Assembly (NCBI RefSeq): GCF_000150275.1
Contig: NW_002060974.1
Location: 279,744-343,743, forward strand
From: Trichoplax adhaerens
Lineage: Eukaryota > Animalia > Placozoa
Reading direction: 5' to 3'
DNA length: 64,000 bases
Position 1 is the stretch's first letter, and each line of letters opens with the position of its first letter. Below, piece after piece: positions 12,054 to 27,000 of this stretch. Under the pieces are notes generated by a model that was not told the origin of the DNA, searched no databases, and worked only from the letters and a program-made list of their open reading frames with translations. The translations under genes and the position numbers were made by a program.

Positions 12054-15000
12054 GTAAGAATAGGAGAATAGGCATCGGTTCCGGTACATAACATAATCTG
12101 CCTTTATGACTTCGTTTGTGTCTTTTAATCCTAAGTCACGATGACATGTTAACTAGCTATGCTTTCCATACTCATTGCTGCGTTTTTTTAATGTTCATAA
12201 AGTTTATATTAATAGTTTATTAGTATTTCCGTTACGATAAATTGATAAGACGAGATCATTAATAGTCTTTAAGGAAAAGACCTCATGATCATATACGCAA
12301 TATTGGTATTTCGTTAATCTTCATGATCGCACGTTGTTCTATCACAGTATTAATTCTTTCAATGTCTAAACATCTTAGTACTTATTAACCTATAACGGCT
12401 TAACAGTAAAAGGCTAAACCTATTACTTTGTAGAGCGCTGTAGTTAACAAGATGTGCCAAGGGTCATAAACTACGTCAGCATTATCATTTGTGTTCGATC
12501 TACGAACTTTATGTCAAGGATCTTTCGTTTGCAGTTTCACCGTATAATTATTTATAGTATTGGCCGAAAATGAAATTCTTGTCAGTAGTCAGGCATCATT
12601 AAAGATCAAACAAACGATTCAATTTTGTGACAACTTCCATTCTAAAATGAGAAAATTGTCACGCCTATATTAATCATGATATTAAAAGTAGCAAATTAGC
12701 AGTCAATTTATTAATTGTGCGTGAAAGCTATCATCCTAAACCAAGGGTAAAAGCGGCAATAAGCCAAAACGTCCACGATCTATCACGATATTATTTTTGC
12801 TTACTTTACAACTAGAAATGCAGACGATTTGCTCATTCTCTAAAGTTATAGAATTACAACATCTGTCTTAGACTAAATTATCAAAAATAGCTTCAAATCC
12901 ATGAACTAGTTCTTTTCTTTGTTAGACATAGAAACTAAGTTAGCTAATGTAGATTTTATGTGATTTAGAGGTATCTGTATCTGTAATAATTAATATATAT
13001 ATATATTATGCATTAAACTAGCACAATGTTCGAGATCAAACTGATACCAGAAAAAGTGTGATTTTAAAGGCTAGCTAACACGGTTGCTTTTGCCCTGTCG
13101 ATTGAAATAGGCGCGATTGCACATTTCTTGACTGCTTCCTTGACTATAATTGATAACCAATCATACCTTAATTCCATACTTTATCTATATACGCAATTTG
13201 TCAATCTTGAAACAAAAACTATACTTGCAATAAACGATAATTAATATCTCAGTATCACCATCATAAGATGTTTGCAGTATAAGAGTTATGACCTGCTTAA
13301 AAATATTTTGGCTAAGATTGGTTGATAAGCTGTTAAACAGTACTTTCGATTGTTATCATCCTCATGGCTGTAGCTACATTAAATGCTACGAAGAATTTTC
13401 TAATTCTCAAACAGCAGGAGCAATATTGCGTGATAGATTAATCTATTTGATATCGACTTACGTGCTTGGTAAATAGAATAAACTGATTTGTAATGAGAAA
13501 TAAAATTGATAATAATAGTTCCAAATAACTATTGCATGTACACAGTTGATTTGTTCTAAATAGATGACAAATTTTAAAACTATTCATACGCGCATTAATA
13601 TGACTTATATGACTTAGATGTCGGTAGATTTGTACTTTACAGGAAACTGAATCTGATGCTATACTTGATATTCCTTTTGTTAATCTTAAATTTAATTGAT
13701 TTCCTTTATTATAGGGTACATTTTGATTTCAGACAAGCTTATTAGCGGTAAGATCTACAAGATAGTAGAACGTATTAAAATTTAAATAGCTTACATAAAA
13801 GTCTATAGATATTCTAACTTAAGTCTATAAAAAGTAAAAGTGATGAATTTTATTGATCTTGCCTGTTGAGCTATTGCAATTATCTAATATTATCAAATTT
13901 TACAAATTTTTACCATTTTGAATAAACAATCTTCAATAATTATATGTTTCATCATTTAGAACATTAATTTATCCTAAAAGTGTTAACGATTCCAAAAATT
14001 GATATATTTTACTAGAATATTTTTAATAGTAAAGCCTCATCATCATTAAAATAATCTATTTTGAATGTACCGTATTTACGATAGTTTGGGTGTACTTGAT
14101 ATACAACAGATTCAGCTTATGCGGGTATACTAATTATGCTTGCACATGGTCCTTATAATCCTTTTTGATATTCTAATTTTTGCTAGTATCCAAGCTTGAT
14201 TCAGTGCAAATGGATGTGGATGAACCGGTTATAATTGTTCAAGGTAAGTTATAAAATCATTTTACGGCTTTAATTAAATTTTAGCTACAGTCTTTAAGAG
14301 TACATCACCAACGATCAGAAAATTATTTGACATTAGCTAAACGTCAATTCTACTGGTATCAAGCTGTAGTGGCATAAAATCTTTATTTTGACTTAAGATG
14401 ATAGTGTTATGTAGTGAAACTGTTAGATAAGCTGCTATTGTCAACATGCTATGTAGGAGTAAACTAGATGTAACTTGAAAATAATACCAAACCTAGGGCT
14501 GTTGCCAATAATAGATATATACAAGTAATGTTTGGGATAATTCAAGTATGTTGATTTCAGCTTCGTAGAATATAATACTTATCATAGAATTTAATTCTTA
14601 TACTAAGTTCTGTAAGTGTTAGGTGAAGCTGTTCGAAATCGTTATGATGTAAACAAGTTAGATAACGTGTTTAAGCAGTTACGCTTTTCTGTTATTGTTG
14701 TTCTTAGCCCTTCTTTTCTAAGATCTGCTGTTATAAGAAGTTTTCCTTGTCTGTCAGAGCTTGTTGTACTATTACGTAGTATCTCAATCAATAGAGAATC
14801 AGCAATAAGATCTGCTATTATAAAATTATTTGTGAGATCTACACTCCAATTATATTATAGTTAGTAGAATAGGTTTTGTTACAGTTCGGGCTATAGTTAG
14901 TTTACACTTACCGATTTAGCAAAATCAACTTGTCATGTTTACTTTAAAGATTTTGTGTGCCACTGTCACAACTACCCTTGCGACATAAGAAAACAACACA

Positions 15001-18000
15001 GTCCTTATAGTAAACTTTACCTTAATCCGCAGAACTAATTCCCTAGGCTAGGGTGCAGTAATTTGAATCCTTGCGAAGTACTAACTCGCTCAACACAATA
15101 TACGATATAAAACTATCACACAACTTAGCCTTAACCTGAATCATATTTTATCGATCACAGTCCTTCTTATATACTCTTTCAGTGGTTATAAACATATTTA
15201 CTATGCTATTAACATATTTCAATAACAAACATGTTATTAAGATTGAATTATCAAATACGAACATTCGAGGTAATAAACAATTTCATGCGTAAATCTACTT
15301 CGACTGCAAGCCCTGTCAAGCTCCTATGTTCTCGATACTTGTAACATATTACTCTATCATCATAATATCATAATAACTTAGGTTATTACTGACAAGAACA
15401 ATTCCTAAAGTAGTAGTTCATACCTCTAAAAAGTTAAAAAAAAAATGTCATCATAAACTACACATCCAAAACTAAGTTATTTTGATGACTGAGAGCCACA
15501 TAAGATACATTGTTACTACGTTCTTTAATTATGGTTAACAAAATAATAATTTAAATTGTTTGATTTTAACAGATTCAATTAGTCGCAAAAGTTTTCCCAT
15601 CAATAAGGATCATTCTGTGGATGTTCCTATCCATGCTGAGGATATAAAACATAAAGTGAATGTTAGCGTTCCTTTTCCTATTCATTATCGTCCGATGTCT
15701 ACAGAAATAGACATATTTCCACTAGTAACCCGCTTTACAGCTATGGCAAGTGCATCGTTAGTGATCAAGACGTGGTTGCAATTACCAGATTCTACAAGTG
15801 ATCAAGGCAATATTAGAGACTGTCAATTAACATGCTGGATTCCACACTACAAGCAAATAAAGCAACTGTTTTGCAAGTCAGAAAAATCTGTGCAACAAAA
15901 TGATAAAATTATAGTCGCTCGTAGAATAAACAGCGATAGCACCAAATTTACAGAAATAGGTACTAAATTTTCTATTGATGAAAATAAAGCAACCGATGAT
16001 GGCGTTGTAGTAAAATGCAATTGCAGCTATCAATCTGTTATTAATTGGTTTTGGAAGATACCGCAGTGGTTACTCGATGCTGCAAGATTAGGGCCAAAGT
16101 ATTATTATGACTACTTTCGATATCCAGTTCAATACTTTGTTGGCGTTAAGCCAATGAAGGATAAACCGGGACATTTTACTTTAATAGCCCTTGTAAAGAA
16201 TATACGTTGTCCGTTACCCTCTCGCATAGGGGATGAATTAGAGTTACTTGCTTCAAGTGGCGATGAAACTAGACTCCTCAGTAGTGGTCGGCTACAAATC
16301 AATCTTGCAGGAGATATTAAACCTCTTAACGGATTAATTTGGGTAGAACTATTAAACAAAATTGCTTACTTTGATGGAATGTATTCGGTTACGCAATTTG
16401 CTTGTATGGGTCATTTTGACGCCGATAATGGGATTTACTCTAAAGGTTCCGTAGAATTTCGTTATATCGATCCAGGCCCAAATTGTCATCCAGATGCATC
16501 TAACCCTGACTATAATGTCGAAAATGAATCCGTTGTTGTTGAGTTTAGCTATGCTATAGGTTATATAAGTGTGTCTAATTTAAATATTGATACTAAACAT
16601 TATCTCAAAATAGTCCAAATTAAATTTTACATCTGATTAAGAACTTGTTACTGTGGAATTATTTTTAACTTTCCTTGATAGTAAATTATAAGGAGAGGCT
16701 TATAAATGGCGTTATTGTAACATGCAATTGCTGTATGTCAATTGAAAATTTATTATATGGTTCGGTCCTTATTTAGATCATGAAATGACAAGAAAATATT
16801 CCATAATCCGAGGGAATGTTTCAGATCCTGAAACGACTGGTAAAGTCGACGCAAGGTAAATAAATATTCTAAAGAGAGTTTATGACTAATAGTTGAAATC
16901 TTCTAAGATTGAGAGATGTGCTACAAAATAGGATGGTAAAGTTATAAGGTTATTGACGTGCAAGTTCGAATCACGGGTAATGCTAAATATTGAAAGAATA
17001 GAATGACAATACTTTACATAGTCAAAGTTAAGATTTCCTAACTGATGGCTCCATATAGTTTATTTTATGCCACAAAGTAAATTAATTATAAGAATCTTTC
17101 AAATTTATTCTTATTTACGAAACATTGGTTAGCAAAATTAGTTGACAGTAAAACCGTACCTGATGCAGATTGATTCGTAGACTATCTCTTATATTCTATA
17201 TGTAGTCTCAGTGATATCCTAATAAGCTAAGTTTAAGTGGGTTAATAGTGGACAATACCCATGAAATAATCTACAATATTGGAAGCAGATTTAAAAATAC
17301 GGATCTGCTGTTGGCACTGATTCTCAACTATAAATGGAAGTATACGCGGGATTGACGATGCTATTGAGGAAGTGTCTGATATTTACATTGTACACGCGAT
17401 AAAGTGCCTCAAAATCAGCAATGATCAATTTTCGATAACTTGCAGTACTTACTTCATTACATAAAACTACTTCCACGACCTAGAATAAGTCTAACTAACC
17501 CTAATGGATAAGATCTTCTGCTTATATACATACTGTTATATACAATATGACTCAACTATATTTAGATCTAAATTTCTGATGGATCTACATTACATCACAT
17601 TACTCTCACTAATCTCTAGTATCCAACCATCTTAATAAGACCTTCCTAACTAAAGCTGCAATGTCTATTGTTACTATTTAAAACGGATATGCGCTTAATT
17701 CAATCTTAAGACTCCTGTATACGTACAATTTTATACATATAGTAAATATATATTACAACTTTGCATATTGCTTAGCGACTTCTTGCAATCGATTATGCTA
17801 TTTTTACAACTACATTACTGTTTAAAAATATCTCGATATCTGCAATAATTGACCTCAGTAGCAAGAAAAACTTTGATTGACGATCAGTTTGAGCTCAATC
17901 GCATTCAGTTTTAATTCCACCCTAACTATCTTCCTATGAGTGTAATAAAGTATTATATAATCTAAATAATGCCTAGGAAGCTAAACATTACTGTAATCAT

Positions 18001-21000
18001 TAAATTACTCCTGCCCTAATCATTCTTTAGTTATCACCAATTATGTCTCTGATGTAGTTAAAGTTAAAATTTATACGAGAAAGTTCATGTTCTATAAATT
18101 TTTCAGCCATCTATGCGATACTTTTATTCGTGAACAACGTGTATTGGAAAAATAATCGATTTAACAATTTTCGACTCAATGCTTTTTGAATTGTAAATAA
18201 ATAGGTCTCCACAACCCGATCCATTTACAGACACTCCAATGCATAATTCAAAAGTAAGTCTGGTACGTTTAAGAGAAAGCTAATTTAAATACAGGATTGC
18301 AGTGGTCTTGATGTTACTTTCCTTTTGACAGTTTATGTCTAATTACATTCTTAACATTAGTGTAAATAATTATTTTACTGTTATATTAATTTAAAATTGT
18401 ATATTTCTAGTTCTGTAACATCTAAGTAATTTAGATTTCGAAAATATCAGTGACCTTTATTCTTGTTTTCATTAATGTTTTCGATTAGTTCTTATCTCAT
18501 ATCGATATTATATATTTTTCACATTTCCGTGCTGGGAATTTATACGAGTACGTAAACATTTTCGCATTTACGCTAGTGTTAAAATCATTTTTGAAAGACA
18601 TACAAATCTCGATCTACAGGCCAATACTTAAAATGTAGAATGAAACAATTCATGCTTACCTTTAGGCTTATCTTCGTCGATATTAGCCATTTGTACAAGT
18701 AAAAATGCTAACGAACCTTCATTATTGAGGGGCTGCAGTAATTACATATCTCATTTATTTCTAAACTACAAAATTTAAATTTTATTAAGCAACCAAACAA
18801 TTTTACTTACCACATCATCATACAGAAATTAATTATCAGTATGTAGAATAATATTATAGAAATGTGAAATTATCTATTCAAATATATGAGACATCGTAGC
18901 TGAAAACTTCATTTGGAGTTCTAAAATAGGTTATTTAATGATAACTAATAAAGCTACTCCGTAGCATATTTATAACTGGAATAATTTTACTATGAACGAT
19001 GTCAAAGTTGCCATACAATATTTGATTAATGACAGTATCGTTTTGCCAAGATGATACTGATCAATATAAGTTGATCTTGTTTCACATTAGAGATTTGCTC
19101 AATGTTAATAACTCAGATTTTGAGTTAGACGATTGCAAACCTTAGGGGTTGTAAAACCCAAGTACCAAAGGATGTATTACCATTAATAGTAATGTAATCA
19201 AAAACTGCACTGGTTGTGCTGCGACTATCCATAGGCAGATCTATAGTGATATCACTAGATTAAAATATAAATGCACACTATGATATTCGATTCACTAAGA
19301 TATTTTGTCTATCTATTATGGCTAATGGCCTGCTCTGAATTTCATTTATCAAATGGAGTTGATATCAAATAGGTTTAAAAATTAATTTTTCAATCGTTTA
19401 ATCAAGGAACTATCGCAAAATCTATCTCTGATTGATTCTATAGAAGATACCAGACACTTATGGTATCAGGAAGACATGACTAAAGTTAACGGTTAGTTAC
19501 TATGAAAAAGCACGGTTTTGCAATAATTGCCATGTTAAATGTCTGATATGTACTATAAATAGTATCGCGTTGAGCTTAAATCTAGCAAAATTTCCGATTT
19601 TCTAATAATTCTTAATGCTAATAAAAATTCTTTGTACGGGATAGCCATAGTATTCCTTCAAGATCAACCTATCGGCGTACGTGAAATAACTATTCAATAT
19701 TTATTATGTGCTTATAAATAGTATTTAGGTTTGATGGTGTCTACAAATTAAAGAATAGAACCACTGTATATTTACTAGTCTATTTCTGTCAATATTTCTA
19801 CATATATGCTAATCATAGCTTTCGAAAATTTTACTATGCTTCAATTAATCGCTTTAGCGAATGCTGCATAATCTTCATCGAATTATTAAAAATTTTTAAA
19901 TACATTGATCTGATGATACTCGTATATTAAGACACTTTAATTACTATAATAGTCGATTGCACAAATTTAATAGTAATTATACAATGTTTGTACTTTTATA
20001 TTTAACATTCATGATAAAGTATAGCTATTAATGCCTTTATCTGAATACAAGTTTCCGACAAGACTTACACATATAAGTAACGCATTAGAAACTAATTAAA
20101 ATTATGTCGATAAAGTTTTATCCATGATATATCTAATATCCAATAGACGTTTGTGGTTAGAAAAAGTACTCGCCATCATTGTGAGGCAATTAGCGTCAAA
20201 GTAACCGTTGATGGTAATATAGGACACTTTCTTTTCAAAAACAACTCAAATGGTAAGTTTTCGAAGAATAGAAGTTTAACTGAAAGTTGCTACCTTTATT
20301 TATTGGTAAATTAATCGTAAGGTATGCTTGAATGTGATTCAATTGCAATGTCAGTAGAAGATTGTCCGGTATTGGGAACGATATAAAGACGACACTATAT
20401 AGAAGATTAAATGATGATAGACGAACATATTTTCCATTCTACTCAAATATTTTGCTTGAAAGATTTGTGTTATTTACTTTACGTATCACTAAAGATGAGA
20501 TTACGAGATGAAAGCCGCACAGTAAAATGTGTGGCTGTTGTTAAACTTTCTGTTCCTTGCAATGCGTGAATAAGGATAACAGTAGTTGTTTTTCATTAGC
20601 AATTATATTGTACATACACGAAAAATGTTGAAGATATTTTTTAGCATCTACTTGTCACAACCCTCACTTGTGGCAAAGGAAAGTAAAGAACTCTAGTGTA
20701 GTTACTTAAAAACTTGGGCTATTTCTCCCAGTACTTTCAGTTTCTATGAGAGAAGTATTTGAGAACTCGATTTCTCGGCTGATCTCCACAGACAACTGAC
20801 TAATTATTACACTATTCTTCACGATATGAGTCTTGCCGTTTCTTGAGCAATTACTCTCTTTATTCTACAAACACGCGCGCTTAAATAGGTTTCTACAGTG
20901 AATTCCAATATTAACGAGTGAGAATTCATGCTTTACAAGTTACATTAATTAGTATAATACCATTACTAAATATACATGTCGATATTCTCAGATTTAGATA

Positions 21001-24000
21001 GCTACAAGCTATCAGGTGTTAAGACGCTTAACCTTCGTCCATATACAGCTCAATTTTTAGAGATTAACATACCTTATAAACCTACAGTGAATTAACTGCT
21101 AACAACTTCTATTTTTATCTCATTTCTACCATCCTATTATCAGCTACAAGCGCATTAAAACATAGCACATAACCTTATCTTATCCATTCATAAGCATTCA
21201 TTAATTTACAGTTACTTAATTAGTAACGGCGTACCGTGACACTACTTTATACTATAAAAATAAATTTTAGAATTAATAAGATTATAAAAGCTATTCTGCT
21301 AAAATGTACTACAAATTTAAGTATTATGTTTCTAGCAAAATTGACATGAAAAATAACTTATTACAAAAATACGAATTCTAGTTTTATATTTCATCCATTA
21401 ATGGAAGATATTGCAAATATGACAATCCTATTACCCTACCCGTCTTATATCGTTCATATTGCAAATGATATACATGTATATGACTCGATGCATAATATTC
21501 AGTAGTGAAAGCTAAAAGATATTTCTAATGATATCAACAATCACTAAAATAGTGAATATCCTGATAGTTATAGCCTGACTGTAAACACTTTTATTAACTA
21601 AAGGAGAGCCTTGAAATTTCAACAGTTTCAATTTCTGCTTTAATTAATTAATTAAAAAAGTCTTAGCTGTCAAAAATGGATACTGTTTACTTTAAGAATA
21701 TAATTATCATTGATATATTTCAGAATGGTCTATTGCAGACTTTGAAAGAAAGTTTGTATCACTGGAAGATTTGTTGACCCACTATACTAATAATAAGGAC
21801 AAAGAGTTACAAGTAAAATTACGATTTCCACGACCAATTCATAGCAATGCAAAAGTAGAACCAGAGACACAATCGCTACCTGGAGAGATTTCCGGTGAGA
21901 TAGTAAAATTGTAAGATTTAAACATATTTCAGGATAGATTACATTAAAATAAAGTCACTAATTTTTACGTTCAGATATCTATGATGTAAGAGAGCGTTGA
22001 GGATATGAAATGTATTTAACAATGTAAATTACATGTCCTTAAATGGTAATATCCAGCAGAAACAAAGCTCATTAAACACCTATGTCTTCTTAATAGTAAA
22101 AGTTTTCATTCCTTTTAGAGTAAGGAAATGTAATTTATGATTGAGCTGACGAAATTACTATTCTGAATTCCTTAAGAATCCCAAATTTAGTTATTTAACC
22201 CCAAAATAGACGTCTAATATCTTTTCAGCCGTTACATTTAAGATTAAAACTAAACTTGTTATAGTTAGTATATCGTAAATTAATAAAATTGTCGTAGGTA
22301 ATTAACTAGTTTTGAATAATCTGCCATCTAAAATTACTCGGAAATTACTGAATATGTGATTGGTCATTGTAAATAGTCAGGTCTAGTTAGCGGCAGTAAC
22401 ATCCTGTAATATCAACTAGTCATCAAATTATAATAGCTTATATGTTGTATTGATTGTGGTATATTACCTACTTAGCTACTCCTACTTTGCTAATGCATTA
22501 ATTTAAACTAAGTCTGTGAAGAAAAACTAACTAAAACAGCAGATGAATGATCTTGAATAAGTTATTACCATTAAAATTGGTTGCAAAATTGTATTGATGA
22601 TTAGCAAGTTATTTGAGATCAGTAATCGATAAGCTTAGTCGTAATTAATAAATTTTAAATTAAAATTTTCTAGACTGCACCATGCAGCATGTTAGCATTC
22701 AAGACTATAATGAAGTATCGAATCTTGAGAAATTCGAGTATATCTTGTCTGATTCAGAAGAAAATACAGGTTTATCAATTGAATTATGGTACCAGTTTAC
22801 ATTAATCATTTCGAAATAGATCAGTTGCTATTCTGCTACCAAAAGACTACTACTATCTACTAACGCTACTAAAGCAATAAATGAAGGTGAATACGTTTAC
22901 ATGAAATCATTTCCGAATGAGTCTAAGGAAGAGATTTTAAATCAACAGCTAAAATCACGAAAAGGTTTTTATTAATATCTTACTGAAACTTTTTAATATC
23001 GAATTAACTCTATTGAAAACTGTGAGATAAATTAATGTGTAAATATAATCAATTAACATTTGTTATTAACAAAGACCTAAAAAATCTAATGAACCTATTT
23101 ATGATAACTCTTATTTCATTTCATTTAATACATTCTGATTAACGATATCATCCTCTGAATATCAACAATTAGCCGTATATGATATACAGGTAACAAACTA
23201 ACAGTATGTTTCGAGAAAATTTGCATTATCGGCAGTTGCTTCAATATTAAGTTAAAAGTGAATTAATTTTATATCTGACTGACATTATGGTATTTCAGCA
23301 TAATCTAGCGATCAGGTTTAGTTATCAGTAATTTAGATTAATCTCAGAAATATAGCAACGTTTCATTACCTACGATAAAAATACAATACCTATGATTGAA
23401 GGTGAATAGGAGTGGACTAATGATAGGCGTAATAAGTTGCAACTGTCTTAACCTATTTACTAAAATGATAAGGCAGTCTGAGAAACTATATAAGCCTATT
23501 GATTTAAGCGGCATTAAGATATTAGATTTCATTTACTGTGACTCATTTTAAAGCTAACGATTGTAACTGCAACCTGAAACGATTTATTGTAACAAGAAGA
23601 CATTAAAATCTTATTCGAAACTATAAAGTGCCCTGTCAAGGGAGAACTGTAAAGATCGGATATAAGTTTGATGGTTAAAATTATAACAGAAGTAGAATAT
23701 TTTTGTAGTTATGATGGTCGTACTATATAACTTTCATTTAAGTATAATAACACTGTAAATACATGTTAACGAAAAAAATCAATTTAATTATAGTCGAAAT
23801 AATTGCAGTTTTATTTCTATGGTTGCGTATATCAATGTTAAATATTTGCTTGCCGATGTCGTAGTTTGAGATTAAACTATCAATTGTTCAATCGGCTCTA
23901 CGGCATTTTAGTTAACTTACTAATCAAAATTCTGGCTATTAAATGTTGGAGAAATATAGTAGTTCTAGAGTGTTCTACTGAAATAGTTACTAAATGATTT

Positions 24001-27000
24001 GGTAGCTCCGTTTTATGCTGTAGCTGTACATATCTTGTCTTTTAGAAAGCAATTAGAAGAGTTAAGGCGTCTAAATCGCTTTGGATGAAAAGAAATGTTG
24101 ATATAAGTACAGGTATTTAAAATATTTTATCGTATTTTTAGTTATCTCGATCGAAAAAAACGAAAATAGCTATATATAACTATCTACCGTTTTATTGAAA
24201 ATACTGCACTTACTGTAAATTCGTTAATTTTAATTAATAATTATAATCATTTGATTAATATCAACATTCTGGCTGTATTATTTAAAATATTGGCGAATAA
24301 ACAGCTGAGGAGTTGCTGCAGCAAAAGGCAGCAGGAGTAAGTTATTATGCATTACCTCGTACTGTTATGAATTAAATATCCGAATATTTAGTTTATGAGG
24401 ACTTAGATATATGGTCTTCATCTATTTTACAAATCGACCTGATCTCAAAAGTTATTTACGCCAGCAATGTACTTTTTTGCGCTCATAATTCTAATATTTT
24501 GGTAGACATTTCTGGTGATAGCTACCGAAACTTCGCATGCATTTGTGCTGTTGGTAAAATTGAAAAATGACTGTTCTGTAGTGGCCAAATTTAGAATTTT
24601 ATCACGAATGGGCGGTAAGCTTATACTTGATGATTTAAACAATTTTGGCAGTTGAAGAATTAACCGGTACAATACATGAAGAAAATTGTATGCATTATCA
24701 GTAACAAATCTCTGAGTATACAAGCTCGCTTGCTTCGTATTAAGACTTTCTCTATGTAGTCATCTGAGCAAACTGTAACGGTAATGTTTTTTGAAAGTGC
24801 AAAAGTGATATGAAGTAAGGCACTACTGTATACAACGTATAATAGTCGGTTATACTTACCATAATTATTATTGATGTCAGAAATGATGAACAAGTGTTTA
24901 CTTGCCATAAGTACTACAGTAATTCAGCTCAGGGATGATACATATAGTCGTCTTCACTTAATTATAAATCTAGCTTGAGATTATAGCTGAATAATGTAAG
25001 CGTAAAAATTGCATTGTGTGGTACTTCGATGGACAGTGATCAACGAATAAATATATCTATTCGGAATATTAGATCGACTAGGATAAAATAGCTACCGGTA
25101 ACAAATAGCCTCGTATTCTATGAGTTATAATTTAAAAGTAACAAAATATTGGATTTGATAAAACTAAACAATCATCAATCATCGAATCAACTATTTTAAA
25201 TAAGCCTATTACGTAAATTTGAGTAAAGTACCTTATAAAGGCGGTAAATAAATGAATATGATAACTGCAAAAAATATTCCATCAGAACTTCAGTTAACTT
25301 CATAATCGTATTTATATTTGCATTGCACCTTGCAACACTTCGCGAAATGATATAATCTGAAGAATTCGCTGATTCTTATGCTTTGTGCATACTCGTGTAA
25401 TTATTTATTCTTCAATCTTAGTAACCGCGAAGATAATAATATTTAAGCAGTGGATTAGATAATGAATTCTTTATTTGCAATAAATTTTTACGGAGATAAG
25501 TTTAGTTTGGTAACTATCCGCTATATAATTTTTTAATATCAATATTTAATTAAAATCGTATTGATTTGAAGGCATTCTTGGGTAATTAAAATTTTATTAG
25601 ATGTTCGAATTGATGGCTTCAATCAAAGTTTTAACACAATTGATGACTTGATTGGGTGTTATGTTTGCTTTCGTGACAAAGAATTAAAACTCCAATTACA
25701 AGTAATTGGTAAGACAATATCAGATATATCATTATTTTATTTTTGCTACCATACAGGCACTTCATGCAGCAAATGATACCATATGAAATGAAAAATTTAA
25801 TAGTTTTGCATAAGACTAAACATTGTCTCTAAAAGCCAATGTAATAGAATAAGTAACGTAAGTTCTATTCGCTACCCAAAGACGACGAACTCGACGACGT
25901 TATTAATGAAGACATTGGCCAGACTGATAACCTTCCCCAACTGCTACGTACAGAACCGGTAGCTCCAGATGGTCTCGATAGTGGTAGATTTTTAAGACAC
26001 ATTGGCCTGACTGATAATCTTCCCCAACGGCTACCTACAGAACCGGTAGTTCCAGATGATCTCGATAATGGTAGGTTTTCAAGTCTTATTACTTCTTATT
26101 TGCTTTCAAGCGCATAACTGGGAATGATGAATTACTTTCTTGTATTATCCATCTTTAATAGGACAAGAAAGACTCCAAACTGCCCAAGATGGTAGGTGTG
26201 CTTCCCTTATAAGGATTTTTTTTTTTTCAACCAATGCCATTCAAATTACTATATTTAATCGGGAAATTAAATATGAAAAATTCCGAAACTTTCATCATTG
26301 GCTTATAAAATTACGCTATCTCAACATCTAGTTTAAGTTCATTATATTTACCTGGTAAAAATTTACTATATTCATTTCGTTTATATAAGAGTACCTTAAT
26401 TTTAATTTCCCCTATATATTGATAGAAATTTTCTTAGTATTCTTCCTTAGATAATAACAAATTTGATAGAGCTATTAACATTAAACATCATTTCCATAGT
26501 AGTCTCTATTTTACGGGCTTTATTCGTGGTACTATTTTAGTCGCATCGGTTTCTGAGTTTTTCATAGATTATGTACTATATAATATAGCAATTAGAGATC
26601 AAATTCTAGTTTTAAGAAATAATATTATATGGTAGTGTCACGGTAGTAACTACTGTAAATTAAATAGCTAAATTTACCGAATTTAGCATTTAAATATGGT
26701 GATTACAATTACCTTACAGCAGGTGCCTTTGAAGTTGTAATGTGCTAGAGTAAACTGTACGTCGAACTGTAACAGTATAGCCCATATAGTAATTGATTAT
26801 AGTGCAAGCTCTTGATTGTAATACTAACAAATAGTAGTTCATAAGTGTACTGAAATGATTCTGTAAATGGATAGACTGTAGTTCGACTATATAAATCACT
26901 TAGTAGATGTCCATATCTTCAAATATTGTTGTAAGATGATTCCTCAATGTTAGCTGCTGTAAAAGGGTACATAAGTCCGGCAGATAGTTTAAAAAACCTA

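Noticed and set aside
14616-14864. 82-aa ORF inside a gene B intron
   Set aside because: GTG start, internal short repeats (AAGATCTGCTrTTATAA), no homology; probably repeat-derived.
14964-15494. Fifth solo-LTR-like element
   Set aside because: Left end and hairpin are present and GCCAC recurs at 15495, but the right terminus is degenerate, so it is not listed as a feature.
17201-17813. TGTAGT...ACTACA bounded segment resembling an LTR
   Set aside because: Flanks (CTATA vs TTACT) do not form a TSD.
18205-19400. Candidate linker exons between the UPA-like exon and SH2-1
   Set aside because: Several AG/GT pairs are possible, but no unique phase-consistent path could be fixed by eye.
23075-23189. 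Longer exon (PKKSNEPIYDN...) with an in-frame TGA, suggesting readthrough or selenocysteine
   Set aside because: A 17-nt microexon explains the phases without recoding; no other evidence for recoding.
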